This document shows positions 9,461 through 18,500 of a stretch of DNA of 36,396 nt, piece by piece. Position 1 is the first letter of the stretch, and the number at the start of each line of letters is the position of its first letter. The notes beneath the pieces were generated by a model. The model saw only the letters and a program-made list of their open reading frames with translations, searched no databases and was not told where the DNA came from. A program made the translations under genes and the position numbers. Source of the stretch: Campylobacterales bacterium (GTDB lineage: Bacteria > Campylobacterota > Campylobacteria > Campylobacterales > QNZT01); contig JADGDK010000016.1 in assembly GCA_016744895.1 (NCBI GenBank), positions 1 to 36,396 on the forward strand. Reading direction: 5' to 3'.

Positions 9461-9563
9461 ACCTTAAATTACAACTTACTTTCATAAAAAGTAAACAAAA
9501 TTTTACACTATTTATACTTTAAATAAAATTAAAAATTATACTTAGTTAGTTAAAAGAGTACTT

Positions 9564-9809
9564 TTAAATATCCACTCCATCCCAAAACTCATCAAAGTCT
9601 AAATTTGTCATACCATTATCTGTCTCTAGCTTTTGTGCCATAACTTTTTTGTGTGCATTTTCAAAATATGCAGTTAATGCTTCATTCAAGATTGTATTGA
9701 TATCTTTATTCAACAGTTGACTGTATGCTTGTAATTCTTCAACGACTTGAGGTGTAAGTTCAAAATTGAGTGTTCGCTCCATAGGGTTCTCTTTCATATA
9801 GTTTTTCAT
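9564..9809 (-). CDS. small ribbon-helix-helix (CopG/antitoxin-like) protein
   Basis: N-terminal beta-strand followed by helices (RTLNFELTPQVVEELQAYSQLL..ILNEALTAYF) typical of RHH DNA-binding proteins; 81 aa; no adjacent toxin partner. Confidence 0.45.
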   Translation of the reverse strand: MKNYMKENPMERTLNFELTPQVVEELQAYSQLLNKDINTILNEALTAYFENAHKKVMAQKLETDNGMTNLDFDEFWDGVDI

Positions 9810-9897
9810 TCTAAATTTTATCTGATCTAACGTAACCTATTGTAGTATATTTTTGATATGATAGTTTATATAAAATTTTGACTACTAAGAAGCTACC

Positions 9898-10638
9898 ATG
9901 ACAGAAACATTTAACTTTACCTCTATCACCCTTATAAAAGATAAATATGATGGAGTGACCATAGATACTACTACCCTACCACAAGATTTGGAAGTATTTG
10001 AAATAGAATTGTATCAAATTATAAAGCATCTTCAAGATAAAAGATTATTATGGATTCGACTCTCTATTGAAAATTCCGACTTTATTCCACTACTCACTAA
10101 ACATGATTTTATCTTTCACCACTGTAATGCAGAGGACATCACCATGGTAAAAAAACTGATTGATAATCCTATCATACCTACAGCAATTAATCACACCTTA
10201 GGAATTGGTGCAGTTATCATAGACTCAGGTAAGCTTTTGGTAGTAAAAGACAAGATATGGCAAAAGTATAAACTACCGGGTGGATATATCGATGATAACG
10301 AAAATCTTTCAAAAGCACTAAAGCGAGAAGTTTTTGAAGAAACAGGTATTAAGATAAAGCTTGGCTCAATAACACATTTAGGGCACTTCACTTCAGCACA
10401 ATTTGAGAAATCTAATCTTTATATCATATGCAGCGCACAAGCCTTGTCAACACAAATAAACATCCTTGATACTGAAGAAATCATTGATGCAAAGTGGATG
10501 GAAGTTGATGCATTTTTAAATTGTCAAGATGTACACCCTTACAATAAAAATATCGTAAAAAATACAATTGAAAACAGAGGTTTAAAGTTAGAGGATGATA
10601 ATATTTTCGATGAAAAACAGCGTGAACTCTTTTTTTAA
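9898..10638 (+). CDS. NUDIX hydrolase
   Basis: Nudix box GGYIDDNENLSKALKREVFEETGI (Gx5Ex7REUxEExGU). Confidence 0.8.
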   Translation: MTETFNFTSITLIKDKYDGVTIDTTTLPQDLEVFEIELYQIIKHLQDKRLLWIRLSIENSDFIPLLTKHDFIFHHCNAEDITMVKKLIDNPIIPTAINHTLGIGAVIIDSGKLLVVKDKIWQKYKLPGGYIDDNENLSKALKREVFEETGIKIKLGSITHLGHFTSAQFEKSNLYIICSAQALSTQINILDTEEIIDAKWMEVDAFLNCQDVHPYNKNIVKNTIENRGLKLEDDNIFDEKQRELFF

Positions 10639-10666
10639 GATACATAAAATAGGTTAAAAGGTTGAT

Positions 10667-11437
10667 ATGATCAAAACAGTTTATATATTATCTCTCATCA
10701 TAAGTATGATATTTCCTTCTTTAGCTATTGCCAGTGACAAAGATATCACAAGTATATATGAAAAACATAATATTGAAGGGACACTCGTCATCACTTCTTT
10801 AGATACAAACATAAGTTATATACACAATACAGATCGAGCAAAAAAACAGTTTATACCTGCATCTACTTTTAAAATACCCAATACGTTGATCGCACTTGAA
10901 GAGAGTGTGATCAAAGATGCAAAAGAGATTTTAAAGTGGGATGGAAAAGAGAGAGAATATTCAGTATGGAATCAAGATCAGACTTTAGCAACTGCATTTT
11001 CACGTTCATGTATATGGTGTTATCAATACTTTGCTAAAGCGATAGGAAAAGAGCGCTATCGCTACTATCTAAACCAATTAAACTACGGTAACCAAAAGAT
11101 AGATGATTCATTAATAAGCTTTTGGTTAGAGGGAACATTTGCTATCTCCGCCGTAGAGCAGATCGATTTTTTACGTAAAGTTTATTTGGAAACGTTACCG
11201 TTTAAGCCTGAACACTTTAAAGTTTTAAAAAAGATTATGTTGGTTGACACAACACCTACTTATAAACTGTACGCAAAAACAGGATGGTCGGGGAAAGTGG
11301 GCTGGTATGTTGGATATTTGGAGTGCAAAGGTAGAGTTTGGTTGTTTGCCAGCAATATAAATGTCACTAGTAAAGCAGATCTAAAATTAAGAAAACAGAT
11401 TGTGATAGAGGCACTCAAGGTAAAAAAAATCATATAA
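10667..11437 (+). CDS. class D (OXA-type) beta-lactamase
   Basis: Signal peptide; STFK active-site motif (PASTFKIP), SAV, YGN, KTG and W-x-EG class D motifs all present in order. Confidence 0.9.
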   Translation: MIKTVYILSLIISMIFPSLAIASDKDITSIYEKHNIEGTLVITSLDTNISYIHNTDRAKKQFIPASTFKIPNTLIALEESVIKDAKEILKWDGKEREYSVWNQDQTLATAFSRSCIWCYQYFAKAIGKERYRYYLNQLNYGNQKIDDSLISFWLEGTFAISAVEQIDFLRKVYLETLPFKPEHFKVLKKIMLVDTTPTYKLYAKTGWSGKVGWYVGYLECKGRVWLFASNINVTSKADLKLRKQIVIEALKVKKII

Positions 11438-11484
11438 TAAATAAAAACACGATAAAATTCCATACTAATAAAAAAGGAAAAAAG

Positions 11485-11570
11485 ATGAATATAAAACGCT
11501 AAAGATAGCGGGAAAATCTAAAAACCTACCTCCTTGCTATCCACATCTTCCCCGTAGTCAAGGAATATTC
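11485..11570 (+). promoter_or_regulatory. candidate translational-attenuator leader: 5-codon uORF (MNIKR) plus anti-SD/SD hairpin upstream of the ABC-F gene
   Basis: uORF ATG at 11485 preceded by AAGGA; small hairpin CGCTA-aaga-TAGCG at the uORF stop; TCCTTG (11531-11536) is perfectly complementary to the CAAGGA Shine-Dalgarno (11559-11564) of the ABC-F gene. Confidence 0.35.
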
Positions 11571-13088
11571 ATGCAACATTTAACTATCAAAAACCTATAT
11601 TATCAATACCCAAACGCAGCAATACCAATCTTTGAAGATCTTAACTTGGAGTTTGAAACAGGATGGAGTTGTATCGTCGGAGCCAACGGTTCTGGGAAAA
11701 GTACACTCTTAAAACTCATCGCAAAAGAGATCAAAAATGAAAATATGATGATCAAAGACAATGACTGTACCTACTACTGTACACAAAGTACGGAACAATC
11801 ACCAAAAGATTTCGAAGATTTTATCTATACCTTTAATAGCAAAGCGTTTAAAATAAGAGATCTTTTGGGTATCAAAGATGATTGGTTAGGTCAATGGCAT
11901 AATCTTTCTCATGGTGAGCGAAAAAGAGTCCAACTTGCAATTGCGCTCTTTAAAAATCCTGATATTTTACTAGTAGATGAACCTACAAATCATTTAGATA
12001 ATAAAAGTCAAAAAATTGTAACGCATGCCCTTAAAAGTTTTAAAGGTATTGGTATATTAGTCAGTCATGATAGAGTACTTTTAGATACATTGTCTCAAGC
12101 CACAATGATGATTACAAATCAAACTGTTGTCAGTTTTAAAACTTCATATACAAATGCGATGATTGCCTATGAAAAAGATATAGCCTTTTTAAAAAAAATA
12201 AAGCAAAAGCAAAATAACCAACTACAAAAACTAGAAAAATCCATACAATCTCAAAGAGAAAAAGTGAGTCAATCTAAGAAAAGACTCTCAAAAAAAAGTA
12301 TTGGTAAAAATGATAGTGACCGTAAAAATAAGATCAACTTAGCCAAGTTAACTGGTAAGGATAAAAATGACGGAAGAATCATCACAAAACTGCAATCACA
12401 ACAGAAGCAACTATTGTCACAGAGTATCAAAGTGGATAAGACCTATACATTGGGAATCACTTTTAACGCAGAAAATGCTAGTAATATTTTTCCAATCACG
12501 GTAGAAAAAGGAGCCTTGGTTCTCTCAGAAACAAAAAAGCTATCCTACCCAAAACTAACCATAGATCAATACGACAAAATCGGAATTACTGGAGATAATG
12601 GCTCAGGGAAAAGTAGTTTTTTAGCAAATGTAATTGCTATGGTAGAGTGCAAAAATGACTATTTATATATCCCTCAAGAGATTAGTAATCAACAAAATAA
12701 GAGACTATTTGATGAGATCAATTGTTTACCAAATGCCCTCAAAGGTGAGATCTATACAATTATCAGAAAACTAGCCTCAGATCCTAAAAAACTGCAAGCT
12801 AGTATGCTACCAAGTCCAGGTGAAATAAGAAAACTAATGATAGCTTATGGACTTTTGCAAAACCCCTCGTTGATTATCCTTGATGAACCAACTAATCATA
12901 TGGATTTAGACTCTATCATGGCATTGGAGTTTGCTTTAAAAGCGTATGATGGCACAATAATCTTGATTAGTCATGATCAAATGTTTTTAGAGAAACTGGT
13001 AACTGAGATCTGGGAGTTTACAAAGATAAGTGAAGGTGCTTATCAACTTATCGAAAACCCTCATAAAAATGGTACAATTAAAAAGTAA
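11571..13088 (+). CDS. ABC-F family ATPase (two tandem ABC domains, no TMD); candidate ribosome-protection ARE protein
   Basis: Walker A GANGSGKST and GDNGSGKSS, Walker B ILLVDEPTNHLD and LIILDEPTNHMD, signatures LSHGE and SPGE, Lys/Gln-rich interdomain linker; adjacent to the OXA gene. Confidence 0.75.
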   Translation: MQHLTIKNLYYQYPNAAIPIFEDLNLEFETGWSCIVGANGSGKSTLLKLIAKEIKNENMMIKDNDCTYYCTQSTEQSPKDFEDFIYTFNSKAFKIRDLLGIKDDWLGQWHNLSHGERKRVQLAIALFKNPDILLVDEPTNHLDNKSQKIVTHALKSFKGIGILVSHDRVLLDTLSQATMMITNQTVVSFKTSYTNAMIAYEKDIAFLKKIKQKQNNQLQKLEKSIQSQREKVSQSKKRLSKKSIGKNDSDRKNKINLAKLTGKDKNDGRIITKLQSQQKQLLSQSIKVDKTYTLGITFNAENASNIFPITVEKGALVLSETKKLSYPKLTIDQYDKIGITGDNGSGKSSFLANVIAMVECKNDYLYIPQEISNQQNKRLFDEINCLPNALKGEIYTIIRKLASDPKKLQASMLPSPGEIRKLMIAYGLLQNPSLIILDEPTNHMDLDSIMALEFALKAYDGTIILISHDQMFLEKLVTEIWEFTKISEGAYQLIENPHKNGTIKK

Positions 13089-13105
13089 AAAAGAAGAGGA
13101 AAACA

Positions 13106-13492
13106 ATGAAATTAAATACACATTTAAAAATAGATCATATATTAAACGGTGAAGTAATTCAACTGAAAGAGGGATATGCAAAGATTGCTCTAAAAACAAC
13201 AGATGTGATGGTAGCTGATGAGCAGGGACTTGTTCACGGTGGTTTTTGTTTTGGTGCCGCAGACTTTGCAGCGATGGCAGCAGTCAATGATCCATTTGTC
13301 GTACTGGCAAAGAGTGAAGTGAAGTTTTTAGCACCTGTAAAAGTGGATGAAGAGATCATTTTTGAAGGACAAGTAACTGAGAGTGATGGACGGAAGTTTA
13401 CAGTATCAGTCAATGGAAGTGTTAAAGACAAAGCAGTCTTTACAGGTACGTTTTATACAGCAGTATTAAAACAACATGTATTGAGTTTATGA
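13106..13492 (+). CDS. hotdog-fold (PaaI-like) thioesterase
   Basis: GLVHGGFCFGAADFAAMAAVN core typical of the PaaI/4HBT hotdog fold; 128 aa. Confidence 0.6.
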   Translation: MKLNTHLKIDHILNGEVIQLKEGYAKIALKTTDVMVADEQGLVHGGFCFGAADFAAMAAVNDPFVVLAKSEVKFLAPVKVDEEIIFEGQVTESDGRKFTVSVNGSVKDKAVFTGTFYTAVLKQHVLSL

Positions 13493-14391
13493 GACAAAAT
13501 AGACTCAATATCGCTGTTATCGGTGCAGGAGGGGTTGGTGGATATGTTGCCGCTAGATTGATCAATGCAGATTTGGCAAATGTAACACTCTTTGCTAGAG
13601 GAAAACATTTAGAAGCGATTCAAAAAGAGGGATTAAAAGTTACTGATGTTGAGCATACTTTTGTTGTCAAACCACAGATTTCCCCTCAAAAAGGTCACTA
13701 TTTTGATGTAGTATTTGTTGCAACAAAAAGTTATGATTTTGCTTCTGCTTGTGAAGAGATCAAAGCATTTATCAATGATAAAAGTATCATTATCCCACTA
13801 TCAAACGGTGTAGATCATAAGCATGTGCTTAGCCAATACTTGGCTAATGGTGTTGTATGTGATGGGTGCGTCTATGTCATCTCACATATCAAAGAGTCTG
13901 GTGTAATTTTTAAAAAATCACCGCTTTTTTATCTGCTATTTGGCAATTCTAAACAGACTGAAAAGATGGTTATACTTGAAACAGTATTGAACAAAAGTGG
14001 ATTAAAGTCAAAACTTAGTGATCATATAGTGTATGATTGTTGGAAGAAGTATCTTTTTATATCCTCTTTTGCAACGATAACCTCTTATCTTGATCTATCT
14101 ATGGATATGGTAATTACAGAGCATAGGGATTTAGTGATGCAAGTGTTAGAGGAGATCAAAGATGTTGCCAATTCTTTAGCAATTCCTATCGATGAAGAGG
14201 ATATTGCTAAGGTAGTCAAACAAGCTGAGAATGTACCAAAAGGTTCAAAAACTTCAATGCAGCTTGACTTTGAATCTGGTAAAAAAACTGAACTGGAATC
14301 TTTGACGGGGTATATTGTCAAAGAGGGAAAAAGGTTAGGTACTAAAACCCCTTTGATGCAGAAGATATATACGGTATTGTTAAAACTATAG
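13489..14391 (+). CDS. ketopantoate reductase (ApbA/PanE) family oxidoreductase
   Basis: N-terminal Rossmann motif IAVIGAGGVGGY and size/architecture of 2-dehydropantoate 2-reductases. Confidence 0.6.
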   Translation: MRQNRLNIAVIGAGGVGGYVAARLINADLANVTLFARGKHLEAIQKEGLKVTDVEHTFVVKPQISPQKGHYFDVVFVATKSYDFASACEEIKAFINDKSIIIPLSNGVDHKHVLSQYLANGVVCDGCVYVISHIKESGVIFKKSPLFYLLFGNSKQTEKMVILETVLNKSGLKSKLSDHIVYDCWKKYLFISSFATITSYLDLSMDMVITEHRDLVMQVLEEIKDVANSLAIPIDEEDIAKVVKQAENVPKGSKTSMQLDFESGKKTELESLTGYIVKEGKRLGTKTPLMQKIYTVLLKL

Positions 14392-14460
14392 GCGATAAAA
14401 AAGATAGAATTGACTATATATTTTTTAAGTATTTTGATTTATTGTAAAGAGATGTAAACT

Positions 14461-14661
14461 GTGAATATTAAAAAATTAAAAGATATGGAAGCGTACTTTT
14501 TTGAGACTTATCCAGAAGGATTTGAGGATGCGTATTTTTTACCAATTTTTAAAAGACATAATATTTCAAAGCTCACTGTTATGGTACAAGAGAGTTTTTC
14601 AAAAGAGAAGTTTGCTCAACCTGAACAAATTATGGAAGATATGATCAAAATCATTAGTTAA
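14461..14661 (+). CDS. small hypothetical protein (66 aa)
   Basis: ORF only; no recognisable motif; GTG/ATG start ambiguity. Confidence 0.3.
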   Translation: MNIKKLKDMEAYFFETYPEGFEDAYFLPIFKRHNISKLTVMVQESFSKEKFAQPEQIMEDMIKIIS

Positions 14662-14678
14662 ATTTATAAAGGAAGTTT

Positions 14679-15275
14679 ATGTATTCACCAGAAATATTTA
14701 AGATTACAGATGAAGCACGTATAGAGGATTTTCTCCAAGCGTATCCTTTTGCGACACTTGTGACTGAAGAAGAAGGTAGGATTGAAGTGACACACTTACC
14801 AATCAACCGACTCAGTGATGGCAAGTTTTACGGACATCTGGCAAAAGCCAATATCCATGCAAATATCGAGCAAAATAAAGAGATCTGTCTGATTTTTCAA
14901 GGTCCTCATGCATATATCTCTCCACGTTTTTATGCGAGTGCCTTTCAAGTACCCACATGGAACTATAGTGCAGTACATCTTTATGGAAAGATAGCCTATA
15001 TCGATGATACGCAAAAAGCCTGGTCTTTAATCACTGAGATCACAGCATACTATGAGGGCGAAAAGGGTTGGAAGTTACCTAGTGAGTTTAGATATCAGGA
15101 GTTAATGGAGCACTTTAGGGTTTTTGAAGTTGACGTGACTAAGATACAGGCAAAGTTTAAAATCAATCAAAATAAGAGTCAAGATGATCAAAAAAGTGTG
15201 ATCAAAAGTCTCAACGCAATTAACGAAAAAAAGATGGCGGAGTTTATGCAGATGATGGGAAGTCAAGATGTATGA
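14679..15275 (+). CDS. PaiB-family FMN-binding putative transcriptional regulator
   Basis: Characteristic N-terminus MYSPEIFKITDEARIEDFLQAYPFATLV and ~200-aa length. Confidence 0.7.
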   Translation: MYSPEIFKITDEARIEDFLQAYPFATLVTEEEGRIEVTHLPINRLSDGKFYGHLAKANIHANIEQNKEICLIFQGPHAYISPRFYASAFQVPTWNYSAVHLYGKIAYIDDTQKAWSLITEITAYYEGEKGWKLPSEFRYQELMEHFRVFEVDVTKIQAKFKINQNKSQDDQKSVIKSLNAINEKKMAEFMQMMGSQDV

Positions 15276-15303
15276 TATGACTTATATCATACATCTTAAA
15301 TAA

Positions 15304-16638
15304 TTAATACCGACTAGTATTGTCTTTGACATTGATAAGTACCTCTATGTGTTCGACCACTTCTACTAACTCTTTTTGAAGAGACATGACTTCAAAGATA
15401 TCTTTATAGGCAAATGGTGACTCATCGATAGTATTTTTATCTATGGTGCCTACTTTGCCATGCATTGAGGTTTTAAATGCTTCGAGAGTGATCTCTTTTT
15501 TTGCTTTTGATCGACTCATCACCCGTCCAGCACCATGTGAAGAGGAGTTGAGGGATGTTTTACATCCTTTTCCTCTTACGATAAAAGAGCCATCTCTCAT
15601 GTTCGCTGGAATCACACCCATCATGTCCTCCTCAGCATGGGTGGCACCTTTTCTATGTATCCACTCTGCTCTTGTCTCATCAAACTCTGCATGATTGTGA
15701 TTTTTGTTGATAAACCTGCTCTCATCATCAAATACTTTTTTATCTCGTATGTCTATGGATTCATTTAAAATATCAACAATTACTTCGATCATCTTTTTAC
15801 GATTTTCACGTGCAAAGAAAAGTGCAAAGTTTTGATCAGTGATATAGTCGCGTCCAAGCGCACTCTCTACATCTAAACCCCAAATACCCTCTAAGCTATC
15901 AAGGTTGACCTTTTTGTTGAGTTCAAGCTGTTTTTTATGCCTGAATTTTTCAAAAGCCTTGACATATGTCTTTGGATTATCAATTTTGAGTTTTTGGTTT
16001 CTTTGTGCAAACTCCTCTAGATGTTTGTCGATGTTGTTAAGTTTTGGATTTTTCTCTAAGTAGGCTTGGTACATATAGTGCGAAGCGATCTTATGTCCAA
16101 AACCACGACTCCCTGAGTGTATCACAATCCATACCCTATCACTACTGTCATACCCAAGCTCGATAAAATGATTTCCACCACCAAGAGTTCCTAACTGCAT
16201 CAATCCTACAGCGTTTAAAACTGTTTTTGTAAACGCTGTAAGTGGAAGATCAAGCTTTAACGACTGGTGGTTTTTGTGCTTTTTAAAGCCAAGCGGTATC
16301 GTGCTACTGATCTTTTGGTGAATAGACTCAGCTTTGGCTTTGACCTCTTCTTTGGTAAATGCTGTTTGATACGCACACATCCCACACCCGATATCAAATC
16401 CCACAAACTGTGGTACGATGACTCCTTTTGTAGCACATACTCCACCGATAGGCATACTATAGCCTGCATGTGCATCGGGCATCAATGCCCCATAAGTCAC
16501 ATAAGGTTTGCTAAGTACCGCTTCAAACTGATCTTGTGTCGTATCATCTAAAAGATCAGCATAGATCTTATAGGGTGTGTTTGTCTTATCAAATCTCTCA
16601 TGTTCTATCTCTTTAAATCCTAATGTCTTTAAATCCAT
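15304..16638 (-). CDS. rtcB: RtcB-family RNA ligase (long paralogue)
   Basis: RtcB metal/GMP-binding motifs: DIGCGM, GGGNHFIE, HSGSRGFG, SSSHGAGR; 444 aa. Confidence 0.85.
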   Translation of the reverse strand: MDLKTLGFKEIEHERFDKTNTPYKIYADLLDDTTQDQFEAVLSKPYVTYGALMPDAHAGYSMPIGGVCATKGVIVPQFVGFDIGCGMCAYQTAFTKEEVKAKAESIHQKISSTIPLGFKKHKNHQSLKLDLPLTAFTKTVLNAVGLMQLGTLGGGNHFIELGYDSSDRVWIVIHSGSRGFGHKIASHYMYQAYLEKNPKLNNIDKHLEEFAQRNQKLKIDNPKTYVKAFEKFRHKKQLELNKKVNLDSLEGIWGLDVESALGRDYITDQNFALFFARENRKKMIEVIVDILNESIDIRDKKVFDDESRFINKNHNHAEFDETRAEWIHRKGATHAEEDMMGVIPANMRDGSFIVRGKGCKTSLNSSSHGAGRVMSRSKAKKEITLEAFKTSMHGKVGTIDKNTIDESPFAYKDIFEVMSLQKELVEVVEHIEVLINVKDNTSRY

Positions 16639-16703
16639 TCTCTACTCCTTTATATTTTCTTGGTGTCAGTATAAAATAGAATATGGACATATCTTGTCCA
16701 TTT

Positions 16704-17306
16704 TTATTTATTTTTTAGCACTTTAAACTTTTCACCATAAAAGGTTTTAATAGGATCTCCTCGTTTGATCATTTTTACACTGTGCCATCGCTTTTGGATC
16801 TGTGCTTCGATTATCTCTATCTGTTGTAACTTATGCTTTTCCTCTAAGCGTCTACGTGCAATCTGTCTGTTTTGGTGTTGTGACCGTTGATCAAAACTAA
16901 CAGCACTGATACCTAGTGGTGGGTAGAGTGCACGTATCCCACTGTTGGTAGTGTTGACATGTTGTCCTCCTTTTTTGGGACTTTTCATGCTATGGTATAT
17001 GATGCGTGTATCATCAAAGTCAATAGGTTCAAACCCCTCATAACATATGAGTTCAAAGTACCAGTTTTTACGTTTATGTAAGGGACGAAATGGACTTTGA
17101 CTTTGCCAAATCAGCGTACCTTGGAGGTTTTGTAAGGCTTTGTCATGACTGTCTAAAAGTATAGAGTTATAACAGTTTGGTTGTATACCCTTTTCGATCT
17201 TGATTACACAAAAACCATATCTTTTCTCTATCCATTGGTAAAAATACCATATCCCTCTACTTACTTCATCAACTACATTTGCACTACTAATATAAATAAG
17301 CATCAA
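16704..17306 (-). CDS. prfH: peptide chain release factor H (PrfH), GGQ-domain protein
   Basis: GGQHVNTTNSGIR GGQ motif in a ~200-aa protein immediately downstream of, and abutting, an rtcB gene. Confidence 0.8.
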   Translation of the reverse strand: MMLIYISSANVVDEVSRGIWYFYQWIEKRYGFCVIKIEKGIQPNCYNSILLDSHDKALQNLQGTLIWQSQSPFRPLHKRKNWYFELICYEGFEPIDFDDTRIIYHSMKSPKKGGQHVNTTNSGIRALYPPLGISAVSFDQRSQHQNRQIARRRLEEKHKLQQIEIIEAQIQKRWHSVKMIKRGDPIKTFYGEKFKVLKNK

Positions 17307-18347
17307 TTACTCCTTGTAGGTGAGGATCGGTCGAAAAGTTGCTACCACCTCTACTAACTTTGCTTCAATGAGATCACTGATGACAATATCAATATCTTTA
17401 TAGGCTTGTGGGGCTTCTTGGTAGAGAAGACTACTATCATGACAGATGACACGTGCACCGATGGCTGTGCGTAAAAGCTGTTGTTTGTTGACAAGTTTTT
17501 TAAGCTTTGCTTCTACACTGTTTCGCTCCCACTTCCGTCCAGCACCATGTGCTAGTGAGTAGTTTGCTTGTGCAGTGTCAGCCAAAGGTTTGACAAGATA
17601 GCTGAGTGTTCCACGACTACCGGCGATCACTACTAATCCTTTATCTGTGGGCGTGGCTCCTTTTCTATGTAGCCAGAGATTATCTATTTGTGTAATGCTG
17701 TTGTGTCCAGTGTTGCTGACACATGTTAACGAACCCACTAAATTCAATGCTTTGAGTACTCTTTTGACAATCTCTTCCCTACTCTTTTTAGCAAAGTTTT
17801 GTGCTTTATCATGATCGCTCATGTAGGCTTTGGCTAAAGGACTTTTTGCATCAATCCCTTCATTACTTTTATAAGAGGTTGCAACTTTATCAAACACCAT
17901 CTGCCCGAAACTTCTTGAACCACTGTGTACTAAGATATAGAGCATATCTTTATCCATATCACCACTGTTTAACTGATGCAATTCAACAAAGTGGTTGCCC
18001 CTGCCTATCGTGCCTAAGTTATGTTCACGTAGAGGTGTATCTATTTCTACGTCACTGAGACTGTTTAGTTTTAAAAGCTTCTTTTCAAATCGATCTATTT
18101 TGATCTTTTTGGATTTTACAGGGAGTGCAAAAAGACTCATCCCACATCCTATATCACCTCCAATGAGATGAGGATAGATCACGTCTTTGCTCATCACTGC
18201 CATCCCGTTTGGTACAAAACCGACACTCAAGTCTGGTAGTCCTACAACGTTTTGTACACCTCTATAGGTGGTGATCTTTTTTAATGTCTCAACACTTCGC
18301 TGGTCAATCCAGTTTCTCTTTGAAGCGATGATCTTTAGATTGTTCAT
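17307..18347 (-). CDS. rtcB2: RtcB2-type RNA ligase (short paralogue, prfH-linked)
   Basis: DIGCGM, GNHFVE, HSGSRSFG, AHGAGR motifs; 346 aa; stop abuts the prfH start. Confidence 0.85.
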   Translation of the reverse strand: MNNLKIIASKRNWIDQRSVETLKKITTYRGVQNVVGLPDLSVGFVPNGMAVMSKDVIYPHLIGGDIGCGMSLFALPVKSKKIKIDRFEKKLLKLNSLSDVEIDTPLREHNLGTIGRGNHFVELHQLNSGDMDKDMLYILVHSGSRSFGQMVFDKVATSYKSNEGIDAKSPLAKAYMSDHDKAQNFAKKSREEIVKRVLKALNLVGSLTCVSNTGHNSITQIDNLWLHRKGATPTDKGLVVIAGSRGTLSYLVKPLADTAQANYSLAHGAGRKWERNSVEAKLKKLVNKQQLLRTAIGARVICHDSSLLYQEAPQAYKDIDIVISDLIEAKLVEVVATFRPILTYKE

Positions 18348-18500
18348 AAATTCTCCATAATCTATTTTTGTTTTGTTTGTAACCGCTGTTTAATGTTCTA
18401 TTTTGTATCTCTAAAGTCATAAATTCTCCTTTATTATATTTGAAAATATGGTACAATAATTTAGTGACGTATTTTGTCCAGTAAAAAATAGAAGGTGATT

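Noticed and set aside
9133-9522. Two predicted ORFs (9133-9372 minus, 9313-9522 plus) in the gap after the secreted-protein gene
   Set aside because: Both are built across the two copies of the ~85-nt repeat, and an indel between the copies breaks the reading frame, so the conservation is at nucleotide level. No RBS; treated as spurious.
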